Shown here in pieces: positions 12,794 to 27,150 of a DNA stretch of 64,000 nucleotides. The position numbers and the translations under genes were made by a program. The notes beneath the pieces are model-generated. The model was not told the origin of the DNA and did not search any database. It saw only the letters and a program-made list of their open reading frames with translations. Location of the stretch: contig OZ024742.1 of NCBI GenBank assembly GCA_964016885.1, positions 80,662,001 to 80,726,000 on the forward strand, read 5' to 3'. Every line of letters starts with the position of its first letter. Positions within the stretch are counted from its first letter, which is position 1. This stretch comes from Eledone cirrhosa (Eukaryota).

Positions 12794-13996
12794 AAGCACA
12801 CGAACACACGAACCCACTTACACCACCCACCCACACGCAACTAACATCACTAACACCCCCCAACCCCACGCACACGTATCCACACACCCTCGTGCACCAC
12901 CAACTCTACACACCCTACCACCACTAACCCCCACTCACACCTGCATTCAACCCGTCCCCACATCCCGTATACTAACACCCACTAACACCTCTTCATCAAA
13001 CTACACACACACCAGTACACCACACTCCCTCCATAGAACCACACACACCCTTCTCTCCCCGCTCCACCCACATCCTCGCTCCACACTAACTCATCCCACT
13101 AACACCTCTACTAATACACACACACACACCCTCCTCACTCCAACTTTCACACCTACCCATCCTCGCCCCTTTACCATACCACCGACTGCTGCTATGCCCT
13201 CTGACCACCTCCCAGCACAAACAGACACACAGCACTCCCACTGCTTGACCACTTCCTGTTGCGCGCGCACCCCACATCTCTCCTCTTCCGACCATCGCTT
13301 CATGGAATACCCACACGCAGAAATTGACCAACAACGAATCCACTAAACATCTTCGGAATTTACCTACTTTTCAACCATCCTCTTTGTGCTTTCCACCACA
13401 TATTTACACCCTCAGCCTCCTGATTCCTCTCCTCCACCCCTCTATCCACACACGCACAGACACTCCGACCTACAACCCCCAACCACCCACACACACCTCT
13501 TCCTGAACATGCAACCCCGTTATTCCCCCAACCCTTACTTTCACATACACACACACACACACACGCACACCTACACACACACACCACCTTCAGCCCTCCC
13601 CACTCGGACACCCCATCTCCCTCTCCCCACTCCACCCGCTACCATCCCTACACACCTCACTCCCTTCCACCACCTGTTTTAACCCCCTTTTAATTTCAGT
13701 TTATTTTGATCATGCCTTTATATTTAAATTTATCTCATTCCTTGTATTTTGATCATGCTTTATTTTTATTTTTATCTTTATTTTTCATTTTTTCATTCGC
13801 ACCGTTTCCCTTCGCTATATGTCTCTCCACCACTCCCCTACACACCCTTTGAAATCTGTTCCCACACACTTCTCACCTGAGGAAGGGCTTATGCCCGAAA
13901 CGTCGTCCCCCACCACACCCCACTCTCCAGAGCGTGAAATTAATAAACATTCGTTGTACTGCCTCTCTGTTTTGTCCCTGTTCAAATTTTTCCATT
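12794..13996 (+). mobile_element. C/A-rich PLE 3' region ending in an HHR and AATAAA
   Basis: Low-complexity CA-rich tract, HHR at 13874-13907, aataaa at ~13942, ends in (TA)n. Confidence 0.55.
13874..13907 (+). ncRNA. Minimal hammerhead ribozyme
   Basis: CTGAGGA-a-gggc-ttat-gccc-GAAA-cGTC. Stem III is the ACGT palindrome; stem I is weak. Confidence 0.65.
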
Positions 13997-14178
13997 ATAT
14001 ATATATATATATAGGATGGAATATATATATATATATATATATATATATGGAAAGTTATATTTAAATTGTTGGGTTAACAACGAGTAAATATTTATAACTG
14101 ATATAAAAGCACTCAACAAGTATTTGGAGTATATTTATGATATTAAATAAATGGAAACTATATTTATAAAACCATATT

Positions 14179-14244
14179 TATTTCGTTATATATATTTCAG
14201 GGATATCATATTAACAATATGTTATGCCTTCCTCAGACAAAATA
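14179..14244 (-). ncRNA. Type I hammerhead (mirror copy of 14403-14468)
   Basis: Reverse complement of the plus-strand HHR. Confidence 0.75.
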
Positions 14245-14402
14245 CAATATAAACAGTCTTATAAATAAATAGATACGACATACCTTTCAATCACCTTGCA
14301 TTTGGGAGGTCCACAATATTTTTTACTGCCAAATCAACCTCCCAAATGCAAGGTGATTGAAAGGTATGTCGTATCTATTTATTTATAAGACTGTTCATAT
14401 TG

Positions 14403-14468
14403 TATTTTGTCTGAGGAAGGCATAACATATTGTTAATATGATATCCCTGAAATATATATAACGAAATA
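14403..14468 (+). ncRNA. Type I hammerhead ribozyme
   Basis: tattttgt-CTGAGGA-agg...cct-GAAA-tatatat-A|acgaaata. 8-bp stem I, palindromic stem III. Confidence 0.78.
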
Positions 14469-14505
14469 AATATGGTTTTATAAATATAGTTTCCATTTAT
14501 TTAAT

Positions 14506-15055
<550 letters not shown>

Positions 15056-15136
15056 ATATATATTTATGTCAATCTATTTCTAGTTGATATATATATATAT
15101 AATATATACATATATATATATATATATAATATATAC

Positions 15137-15182
<46 letters not shown>

Positions 15183-15183
15183 T

Positions 15184-15391
<208 letters not shown>

Positions 15392-15409
15392 TATATATAT
15401 ATATATATA

Positions 15410-15756
<347 letters not shown>

Positions 15757-15769
15757 GTATATATATATA

Positions 15770-15818
<49 letters not shown>

Positions 15819-16677
15819 CGAAATCACATTTGGCCAGGCTTAGGTACGTACAATATCACATTATCAACATCCGTCAGAAGAACTACCATGTCCCGCCAAC
15901 AAGGTGATAACGAAACAAGCATTGTTTTGTATTACACTGGTTGGATCAGCTGCTTTTTTCCTTCTGGAAACCATATTAAAATGGAAAATATGCAGACACT
16001 TCACTCATAGAAATATTACAATTATATGTACCGTAAATACCTATGTATTCCACAGCACGTCTAAGAAAATGAAAGAGAATATGAAAGAGCCTGTTTAACT
16101 ACTCATATAACCGGCTTCTGATATACTTCAAGTTTCCAATATATATTCATTGATTTGTTTCCTTTCCCCTACTTGTTATGAATTTTATTTACATTTCATT
16201 AAAAAGCCATGTTTGCATCATATCATTCGTGCTTCCCAGAATTTTCTTCTCCTTAAGCGGAAATTAAAGCGTAAATGTTATTTTCCGTCATACAAATATT
16301 CTTAAATCTTTCACATTATTTATCAATACGTAGACTCCAAGATAAAAACGAAAGAAAACTTAATATGTGTTAGAAACATGAATGTCTAAAAAAAAAGGAC
16401 ACTCTGTACAAGCATAACATTATTGCGTTCTTTTACTTATCCAAAATACTAAATCTTACAAAATCAACGCACGTTTCCTTGATACATCTGGTACAAACAC
16501 ATTTACGTACACAGATACGTACACATACATAGAGTTATGAACTTGGATACACAAGAAATCATACAATTGCCTAGACATTCTCACACATATAAACGAACCA
16601 CATGCACAGATATAAATACGCACATGTTTCTACACTCACATACACACGCACACACGTGCATATATATATACACACAA

Positions 16678-16813
<136 letters not shown>

Positions 16814-19282
16814 GTGTTTGTGGTGCAAAAGGCAAGGAGTAATAACATTGTAAACGACTCAGTACAATGAAAAAATACATTAGTTTTACACTTTTTATAG
16901 TAGTGAAAGCATCTTAACATTTTGCACGGAGGTTTTTCAACAGAAAATAGAATGGGCTTAACCTGAACATGCACCTGTAGGCTGGTTAATATGTGGATTA
17001 GAGATGTGCATTTTCTTGCTGCTTTAGAAGCGTCGGGTGGGTAAGGATTGGTGTGGTATCTGAGTCGAACCTGGATATTTCGCCATCTATTGGGGATTTG
17101 ATTTTGTTTTAATTTTATATATTTATGTATTTTACATTTTTATATATTTCCATTGTTAATTGTGTTTGTTATTGTGTAGTAATGGTATTCAAGCGTATTT
17201 CTAAACGTAACTAGGATAGTGGATTTGGTATGATTAACTCAAAGCTCTGTTAAGATAGTGAAATCCCAACATAATCACGTTGTTACTGCAATCTTACCAC
17301 ATGTCAAACATTTTATACCTATATTCTTTGCAAATTTTCATCTGGATTGAGTAACAGACCTTACTATGTTTGTTTTTCTCAGTTAGAAATATGCATGCTC
17401 TCCATATGGCTATGGACATTTCTGTATAAATCACATACTGACGGCGCATTACACATTCAGCAACATCATACATATATTAGAAAGGAAAACATTGAGGGTG
17501 GGGGTGTTGCGTTCAAAAATGTTGAGGTTTGCTTTTCTTTTGGTGTTGCTTTTTTTTTGTCTGTGGTCTGCTCGGTAGATTTTCGATTTGCTACTTATAT
17601 TTAATATACGAGTCGACAACCTTCCTTAATATTTGAACTAAACATTTTGAGAGAACCTGTGACATATGACAATAATAATAATTATTATTATGGGATTAGT
17701 GGTGGCGGCGGCCGTGATATTGCCTTTATTTGGCTGTTGTAGTTAGTGGACGCAGAAGGGTTTTCTTCCACTTATAAGCATTTTCTTTTTTTAATATAAT
17801 TTATTTTTAGATTAAATGAAATATTTGAGTTATATTCCTAGATATTATGTGGTGTCACTCAATGAAGGTGAGGGCTGATGCCTTTTCTCCAATTTGCAAT
17901 ACAAATTATTATATCACAGGTGTTCTAAATATAAAAAAAAAGACATAAACTTATTATTATTATTGTTATTGCTGCCGATCTTATTGTCATTATCATTATT
18001 ATTAGATCTGCATGGAAAGCAAATCTCTTAAGATATAACCTCGGCAATATTTTTGTATCATTATCTGGAAAAGTGTATGATAAAACAAATATATAAAAAA
18101 AGGGATCTACAATTTAATGAGAGCATAACATGGAGCTGATGACATCGTAAGAATAAACTAGCACTAGAAAAAATGAGAAAACGCAACTGTCATATACAAT
18201 AGTAACCGGAAAAATAAATCATAGAAAACCAAATCCACGACTCTAGAAACAATAATATAAATAATCCCATCAAAAGAGCCTCAAAACAAAAATAACTAAT
18301 ACAAAATTATATCTATTACTATAAACATTCTTGTATGCATCGACTGCATATTATATTTCCTTTCACCAAATTTAACGATAATATCGAAGATAAAATAAAC
18401 AACCACCACAGTAAATACGATTTCAAAAACTAGGAGCGATTTCAAACAATTACACAGAAAAGAATCGTTCTGAAACAACACTATAGTATTAAAAATATAT
18501 TTTGACAATGCCATCATGAAATATAGTAGTGACTACAGTGCAAAGAACCAAGTAGAATATAATCAACAAAAGAAACGTTTCTCCTAAAGATCTCCATTAA
18601 TGTCAGTGACAAGGGAATATACGTGAAGAGGAGCAACTAGACTATGTAATAAAACGGAACTGTAACGCAAATCATCTGAGCTGAAAAATAATAAGGTAGA
18701 ACAAGTTTAAGAATTTTTCGAAAAGCTATGAAGAAAGAACGGAGATTAATTCAGAAAATATCGCAATAACAGCATATATAGATGTATGATATAAAAGTAA
18801 ATAGCATGAAAAATAGCATAAGAATGTCATCAGTAAGAACAAATAGGTTGATGATATACCATAACTGAAGAGCAAAGAGAGATCCGTCTCATGATAGGGA
18901 ATTTCCCCATTGAATTGAACATAGATTCAGGTAAAAAAACAAAACAAGGCATATAATATATTATGATATGCTTGCATACACATGAATACGACAATATTTA
19001 AAAAATAATGGTTATTTGTTTTTATATAAAATAATGAATTGTTTTTAAAACAATGAATGTATTATGTAATTGAGAAAATATTGAAATATACAGTTCCTCT
19101 CAAAATGGAGGAAAATCTTAGCTTGGCATCTATGACAGTTCGTTGGCGTTTTGTTATTTTTCAATGAACACTAAACCGGTGTCGTTATTGTTGTTATGGT
19201 TTAGCCCCACGTTAAAGAATTTAATCTCATATCAATTTAAATTGCGTCAGTGTGTGTGTGTGTGTCCGTGAATATACATTTA

Positions 19283-19520
19283 CCCCCGGGCCGAACACAA
19301 AGGAACAACATTTCCACTGATCTTACCTCCGTCTCTCCCGCTCACTATTATGAGCAAATGGTGACCACGCGCTGACCGCCATGCGACACCGGCAGAAAGA
19401 ATAGAGAAGACGTTTCCGTTTCCCCAGAGGATGTAGAGTTAGCCTCGCTGGAATAGCTATTCCAGCTAACTCTGTGCCGATGATGATGAGTAGGGAGGTG
19501 TCCCTAGGGACAAGGACACC
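19283..19520 (+). repeat. Dispersed repeat, inverted homologue of ~38520-38752
   Basis: ccgaacacaaaggaac..gtctctcccgctca..caccgg..atagagaa matches the reverse complement of 38600-38750. Confidence 0.6.
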
Positions 19521-20825
19521 AGAAGTTTCCCACTGTTCTTTGATAAATTAATGGATACTAAAGCAGACCTATATAATGCGTATGTGTGCGTGTGAGTGCG
19601 AAACGAATCATTGACACGTAAATAAACTTATTTACAAGGGGAGACTATTATGTCGTAATATATGTCTTTAGGTAATAATTATTTTTACTTTTGGCACAAG
19701 GCCAGCAATCTAAGACCATTCAAATATGACGCTATATGGAATAATATAATACAGTTTTCTTTTTGCTACGAACTATAAAAGTAATATTTATACATACATA
19801 CATAAGATACTTTGATGTAACTTGAATCCAAACCTTGATTATATACAGAAGGAAACTCATGACACTCTCTTTCTACATTTATTGTCGTTGGTTTATGCTT
19901 GTTTATTTTCTTTATAGAGCCATCTGCATTGATTATGCTTAATCAGTATGTTTAATACATGTGTACTACTTTCGCCAGTTGAAACATTTCTGTCTTTTAA
20001 AAATGAAAGTCTTATGTAAAGATTTCATATTTTAAACAGCACAAAGGACTGTCTTGATTGCAGCATGGAATGATAGTTACAACACTAACTATTGCACCGC
20101 CTTGGGTCCTATTCCCCTGTTGAACTCAACTCACCACCCCAATTTCTTTAACACCCCTTCCATTTTCACATGCACTTGTACATTCACCCCTCGATTTCTA
20201 TCGCTCTTTCATGATCATTAACATCTTCTCTTACAACTAATACAGGGCAACTATATATGCTCACTCCACATTTCCCTTCACTGCATTAACATACTTTTGC
20301 TCATAGCATCATACTTACATGCAAACACATTCCTTTACTTACATATACACACACACAATACTTCTCAGCTTCGTACGGACGTATAAGAGCACACACACAT
20401 AGACACACAAATATCCCCCCTCCACCACCACCACACACACACACACTTACACACTTACACACGTAGCTCTTTTTTATAAAACGTTGTTCATTTTCCATTT
20501 CAGGTAGACGGCCTCCATCATCCACTTTTCTAAAAAAATAAATCATAAACAAAACACCAGCACCAACAGTTTTCCAAGAGATGTCAACATGAATGGGCTT
20601 GTTATTTGTATCTATAGACATTTTTTCCAATTGCAACCCGCCCGTCCCCTTAATCCATCTCATTTCTCATTCTTTCATTGGATGAAGGACTAGCGTCGGT
20701 AACGATAAGACCCTATTCCTGCTATTCCAAGCGTTAACCTAATATATTCCTTCAATATACTCTACCGATTGTGTTGTTATTTCTATTTACCTTTTACATA
20801 CATACATACATACTTACATACATAC

Positions 20826-22318
20826 ATCACAATGTGTTTGCTGTGCCTGTCCTAACACCAACGTTTGGAATACTCAATTGGATGATAGACGAAATCCGAG
20901 CAGTTATTGTTAGAACTCGAAAAATACTAAACAACACCGGAAACTTCCACAACAACAGTGACATAGACCGCCTTTACTTGAAACGTAAGCAGGGAGGCAG
21001 ACGCCTAACATCATTCCAGACACCATTTGAATGTCGCATCATATCCCTCCGACAACCTCTACGAACCTCGAAGCATAGGAGCCCGTCTCTCGAGCAAGGC
21101 TATCTGCATGAAACATATGAGATCCTGAGAGTTGGGAAGGAACTCCTCGAGAGATATTCCCTGTGTGATAATCAAAAACTCACACCCAGGGAAGTCGCTC
21201 AGCAGTATCGCATTGAATCATGGATGAAAAACTGCATGGTTATCACGAGAAAAAATCATGCATGGATATGTTGCCAGGAAGCTCCAGAGTGAAAGTCATA
21301 TGGATAAGGAAAGTAGTCTATATTGGAACAACAACGGCTATATTGGCTTCCACTTTGAAGGATATGCTTTTGCAATCCAAAAACAGGAAATTAACACGAA
21401 ATACCTGATTCACAAAAGAGATAGGGATGCAGGAAAAACACCTAGATGCGATAACAAGTGCAGACTTTGCAGAATTAACATCGAACATGTCACCCATGCC
21501 ATCAGCAGTTGTCCAAAGATATCATCGCGGTACTATCTACCTATGAGGCATGATGTAGTGGCCAAAACACTGTAAAATGCAATCTGTAGAAAAGATAGCC
21601 CCGATAATATACACATTAAAAGCTACAGTAATATGGAAGCTACAATATGAAAGAGTAATGGTGGAATGTTTCAGTAAAAACCCCAATAGAATGCAGGCAT
21701 AACAGACCAGATATTATGATATGGGAGGGGAAAAGAAAGCATGCACGTTAGTGGAAATTAACTGCCCAACAATGCCAATATAATATCAAAGATTAGCGAA
21801 AAGTAGAATATTTATGCAGAACTGATGAGAAATCTGCATATACTCCACCCTGATTACACCTTCAGATTTATTCCTGCGATTATTGGGGCACTGGGGTATG
21901 TTAGTAACTGCCTCAATACAAACCTTGAGAAGCTAGGCTTCACAGGAACAGAAAGAACACAACTAGTTAGGAAATTACAAGTACAATCCATTAATGGAAC
22001 TGTAAAACTATGTAAAACATTCCAAAAATGTTGCATCTAATAACTGCATATACACATGTACAGATACAATGCACGCATACAACTCAAAGCATACACATCC
22101 ACACATACAATAACATCCATATATAGACATGCATGCATGCATACATAATCTACCTAGTTGATCTTGTGTAAATTACAATGAGAGAGTCTTGTGTCTATGT
22201 TAGAAACCTAGTTGATGTTGTGTAAATTACAATGGGAGAGTCATGTGTCTATGCTAGAAACCGACTCACTCTCTATTGGTAAACATTTGTGAAATTATAA
22301 AACCAGAAGAACATATTT
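20826..22318 (+). mobile_element. 5'-truncated R4/Dong-like RLE non-LTR retrotransposon (decayed)
   Basis: NVFAVPVL, DIDRLYLKRKQGGR, CRLC..H..SC..RHD zinc knuckle, RPDI..VEI restriction-like endonuclease, IIGALG. Starts in (TACA)n; 54-bp duplication in the 3' UTR (~22154-22261). Confidence 0.8.
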
Positions 22319-22599
22319 ACATATATATATATATAAATGAAAAAAGGGAAATTAATGTGAGCAAGAAGCCAACAGTATTTCATAATATATAAGTGACTAT
22401 AACGTCAAAATGGAAAATAATTAACGTAAGATATGGGAAACTAATTCAAATACAATTTTTTAAAAATGAAGACATAGATTTTATCCACAGATTTTGTGAA
22501 ATCCAGGGAAGAAAAACGAATAGAGTCTTAACTCAGAATAAAAAGTTTAAATACTCATCATTCAATCTGGAAAAACTACAAATGCTCTATATAGTATTA

Positions 22600-22663
22600 A
22601 AAAGACTATTTCACGAAACATTTCAGTAGGGTTAGTCACGGTTGGGATCGTTCATCAGTAGAG
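22600..22663 (-). ncRNA. Degenerate hammerhead
   Basis: CTGATGA-acga...tcgt-GAAA-taGTC. Stem I is poorly paired. Confidence 0.4.
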
Positions 22664-22802
22664 CCCAACACGATAACCCAAAATCCACTCCTAGAAATTG
22701 CCAGAAAAGGAATTTAAAAGCAGGGTAGTTAACCTGCTGCGGAATTATGAAAATTAAACCCACATGGAGTCTATGGCTGGTGACGTCATAATGAGACGAA
22801 TG

Positions 22803-22901
<99 letters not shown>

Positions 22902-23069
22902 TACAGGTATTAGGACTGGTGCTCTTAAATAGCGATGTATACATGTATGTATGTGTAGTATATTTGGCAATATACCGTATGTTTATTAAACACATTTAGA
23001 AGACCATACGCCATCAGTTTTAAAGTACTGACTATGTCATTTACTTCTTTTCGGCGAAAGAAGGGAGAG

Positions 23070-23112
23070 AATCTGACAGGCTGTTTCACGCTGGTTGACG
23101 TTCATCAGAGCC
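23070..23112 (-). ncRNA. Type I hammerhead ribozyme in PLE-type element ~22905-23250
   Basis: CTGATGA-acgt-caacca-gcgt-GAAA-cagcctGTC|ag. Confidence 0.72.
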
Positions 23113-23269
23113 AAGTACTCCCATATATGAGGATCCGGTAAGGTGAAAGAATTGTTCTCAGTATGGTGAACTAACTGTTCTGTTATCCCTTCTACCTAAC
23201 TCGCCCATAAACTGAGTGCTCTACCATTAAGGATATTACCTTCCAGTGTTCTACCTCTCTCTCTCTCTC

Positions 23270-23342
<73 letters not shown>

Positions 23343-23426
23343 ATAATAATAAATTTGAAGACTAAAATCCAAAGAGGGCTCGATAAGGATAAATATATAT
23401 CAAATATATAAGAACCGTAGAGCAAA

Positions 23427-23554
23427 TATTTATTAAAATAACAGATTAAATTTTAAGCAAAGAATCGCTGCTTTCACCCTAAACGGGAGTTTCAGAAGAT
23501 CCCGTTAAGGGTGAAAGCAGCGATTCTTTGCTTAAACTTTAATTTGTTATTTTA

Positions 23555-23562
<8 letters not shown>
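23427..23562. repeat. Palindrome centred on an HHR-like core
   Basis: Arms 23427-23488 and 23500-23562. The centre reads cAGAAGA-tccc-gttaa-gggt-GAAA. Confidence 0.7.
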
Positions 23563-23633
<71 letters not shown>

Positions 23634-23677
23634 TATAGTGAATAACATGGTCGCCTGTACAAAAAGGGATTTATTTA

Positions 23678-23792
23678 CAGCATTAACAATTGTTTCATTA
23701 AACAGGTGAGTCCAAAGGCCGCTGTTCACTCGAAATTACGTCACTCGACATTAATTACAGTGTGTGTCTCTGATCGAATCATCGGAATACTG
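23678..23792 (-). ncRNA. Hammerhead with U4C core change
   Basis: cagtatt-CCGATGA-...-GAAA-caattgt-T|aatgctg. 7-bp stem I, ACAATTGT palindrome. Related truncated copy at 35199-35301. Confidence 0.65.
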
Positions 23793-24618
23793 GAGGGTTT
23801 AAAAGATGGCACTGGTATTTAAAGATACATCGGAGAATCAAGTGTATGAAAACAATAACACCAATAATGAAATATAATAAACTATAATAAAAGTATAAAG
23901 AAGTATAAGTGAAAATGATAAAGATGCAAAAAATAAGTAAAAAATAATTACAAAATACGGTTCCTGACAATATTAGTAGTGGTCGTGGTAGTTGAAATTA
24001 TAATGGTGTGTAAGTAGATGTGTAAAATAGTGATGGCAGTATTGATAACAATAGCATGAATAGAAATACGATGTAATTCTACTGACATGCTTTTAATAAA
24101 GAGGCTTGTTTGCATAATTGCAAACGAATCGAATATTATTATTAATATTCCAAAAACTCAAATTACATTTATTGCATTCAGCCATTTAGAGCGATTTTTT
24201 GTTTTTTTAATTTGAATGTGCCAAAGCCGGACATTGATCGCTCGTATACAGGAAACTGACTGGCCAGTCTGCTGGTATGCAAATCTGGCTGATCAGTGGA
24301 TCTGATAATATGCAGATCTGCTAATATGCAAATCAGGTCGATCTGTCATTGTATATTTTCGAAAATAGCATATATTTTCACTAGCTCTTACAGTTGGCAG
24401 GTGAACAGTGAGCTGTACTGATGAAGGGTAATACCCAGAAATATTACTGTCTGCAGTTCTGTTTATATGCCAACATAAGTGCAAAAATAAGTGGCTCATT
24501 TCACTGACATGGCTTTAAAAATGAAGCTTGTTTGCATAATAGAAAACGAATCGAATATTATTATTAATATTCGAAAAACTCAGATTACATTAATTGTATT
24601 CAGCCATGTAGAGCGAAC

Positions 24619-24689
<71 letters not shown>

Positions 24690-24815
24690 TAAAAGGTAAA
24701 CAGAAATAACAACACATTCAGTACAATATATGGAAGAAATATATTAGTTTAAGCGGAATGGCAAAAACATTTTTTAGAGAAAGATAACACGTACATTCAT
24801 ATTGCCATCACTGGG

Positions 24816-24854
<39 letters not shown>

Positions 24855-24863
24855 TATAATATT

Positions 24864-25151
24864 CAACTTTGCCTTTCCTCCTTACGGGGTCGATAAAATA
24901 AAGTACCAGTAATATACTGGATGATTGCTGGCCTTGTGCCAAAAGTAGAAACAATTATAATATATTGTTTCTACGTTTGGCACAAGGCCAGCAATTAACC
25001 AGTGCATTACTGGTACTTTATTTTATCGACCCAGTAAGGATGAAAGGCAAGGTTAACCTCGGCGAGATTTGAACTCAGAATGGAAATGGCCGTAACTCTA
25101 TGGGTCAAAGCATGGCGTCCGATCCTCTACTGATACGGCCAATTCACCGCA
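24864..25151. mobile_element. Two tRNA-derived SINE copies (Nin/Deu-like core), tail to tail
   Basis: Core actttgcctttc(at)ccttacggggtcgataaaataaagtaccag on + (24864-24957) and on - (24964-25151). Confidence 0.8.
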
Positions 25152-25761
25152 TATATATATATTATAATATAATAATACAAGGAGAATCTCTTAAGACTTC
25201 ATTACGTTTATTGAGATTTGTGCTGAGAAACAGTATCGTTTTATATCTTATGTGTATTGATTAAACCTAAAATTAACTTATTTCTAAACCACCTAATTTC
25301 ACTGAATAATTTGATTTGTAGGAACTGTATTCGTTTAGATCTCTTTCAAGCAAACTGTAAGACATGTCCTGTTTTATCTCCCATTCCCTAAAACTTTATT
25401 TTTACATTATGTGGGGATTATTAAAAAGGGTAGATGACTAGTATGTTAATGTAATATGATATATATATATATATATCTATAACAAAGTCATAAACATACT
25501 GATGAAGAGAATGATGGTGTTAGGATGTTTACCAAAATGGATAATAGGTGGCCATTACTCTCTAATGTGATCGAAGGGATACATTCCATTTTTTTCATTC
25601 CTAGAAAATATATCTCTATGTAAATATAGCAAAATTTTAACTTCCAGAAGTATGTTATTAAATTTGCATTTACATTTTAAATTTATTTGTTCTATATATA
25701 TGTAGTAAATACCAGGTTGCTTCTCAATTGATATATGCAGTTATATATTGTTTATATATAT

Positions 25762-25843
<82 letters not shown>

Positions 25844-25960
25844 TAAACGGAATAGAAAATGCTGACAAATTGTTCGCAGTTGAAAAATGGTTTAATTAGG
25901 AATAAAAGAGTATTAGTGATTGTATGGGTTAGTATTCAGTTGTGGTTTTAAGTTTTTAAG

Positions 25961-25998
25961 TTTTTACCGGTTGCGCATTTCTTAATGCTTTTCAAAAA
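25961..25998 (-). ncRNA. U3-A8 variant minimal hammerhead (GAAA mutated to GCAA)
   Basis: ttt-TTGAAAA-gcatt-aaga-aatgc-GCAA-ccggt-A|aaa. ACCGGT palindrome. Confidence 0.6.
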
Positions 25999-26060
25999 TA
26001 ATTTTAAGATAGACTGTCCGTGCTGTTTGCTCTGATCTGATTAGTTTTGGGAATTCTACC

Positions 26061-26410
26061 TGTGTTTATGTTAAAAAAGTGGCTCCAGCGTTACTTTGGT
26101 GTTGCAAAATTTCTTGTGGTCAAAACAATTTTGATTGGTCGGTAGAGGTCATGTGAGTGTAAAAAATTGATTTTGCGCCAGGACTGTTTTTATGTTAAAA
26201 AAGTTGCTCCAGCGTTACTTTGGTGTTGCAAAATTTCTTGTGGTCAAAACAATTTTGATTGGTCGGTAGAGGTCATGTGAGTGTAAACAATTGATTTTGC
26301 GCCAGGACTGTTTTTATGTTAAAAAAGTGGCTCCAGCAACAATTCTTGTGGTCAAGACAATTTTGATTGGTCGGTAGAGGTCATGTGAATAAAAAATTGG
26401 TTTTGCGCCA
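26061..26410. repeat. Three 124-bp tandem repeats in the PLE 3' region
   Basis: Units start at 26061, 26185 and 26309; the third is internally deleted. Confidence 0.9.
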
Positions 26411-26438
26411 AGATTGAGAAATGACTCTTTCACAACAA

Positions 26439-26488
<50 letters not shown>

Positions 26489-26768
26489 TAGTAGTAAGGT
26501 GTTGGATGTTGTGATAATGGTTAGCAGCGATGTGTGTCAAATGGCTATTGAGATAAGTGTGTATGTGTATAGCAGAGTAATTCGTGGTGGCAGGGATGGT
26601 CAGTAAGAATGTGTCTGAAAGCAATGGGGGGTATTTTAGCATGTCCAAATATATTTTTCAGCTTTTGTCTTATACGGAGAAGTGCGTGTGTGTGTGTATA
26701 AGTTTCTTTGTATGTTGATATACGCGTGTGTATGTGTGTGTGTATATATATGTATGTGTGTGTGTGTG

Positions 26769-26814
<46 letters not shown>

Positions 26815-27150
26815 GGTGGACCAGTATTTTTTCACCCTGGTAAAATGGTGTACATTATTCGATTTTTTCAGTAAAATCGGTTCTCTTAATAGAACATCAA
26901 GAATCTTAACAATAAAAGGTGTGAAATGATATTCACTATATATATATACACACACACATATATTCACTATATACATATATATATATATATATACATATAT
27001 ACATATATATACACATATATATGCACATATATATTTCTTGTGTTGCACCATAGAGCATGTGTGTTTACGTATGTCATTGTGTTTATATGTGGGTAGAGAT
27101 GTGTGCTGATGTAGGTATGTATGTTGACGTGTGTATGTTGTGGGTGGGTC

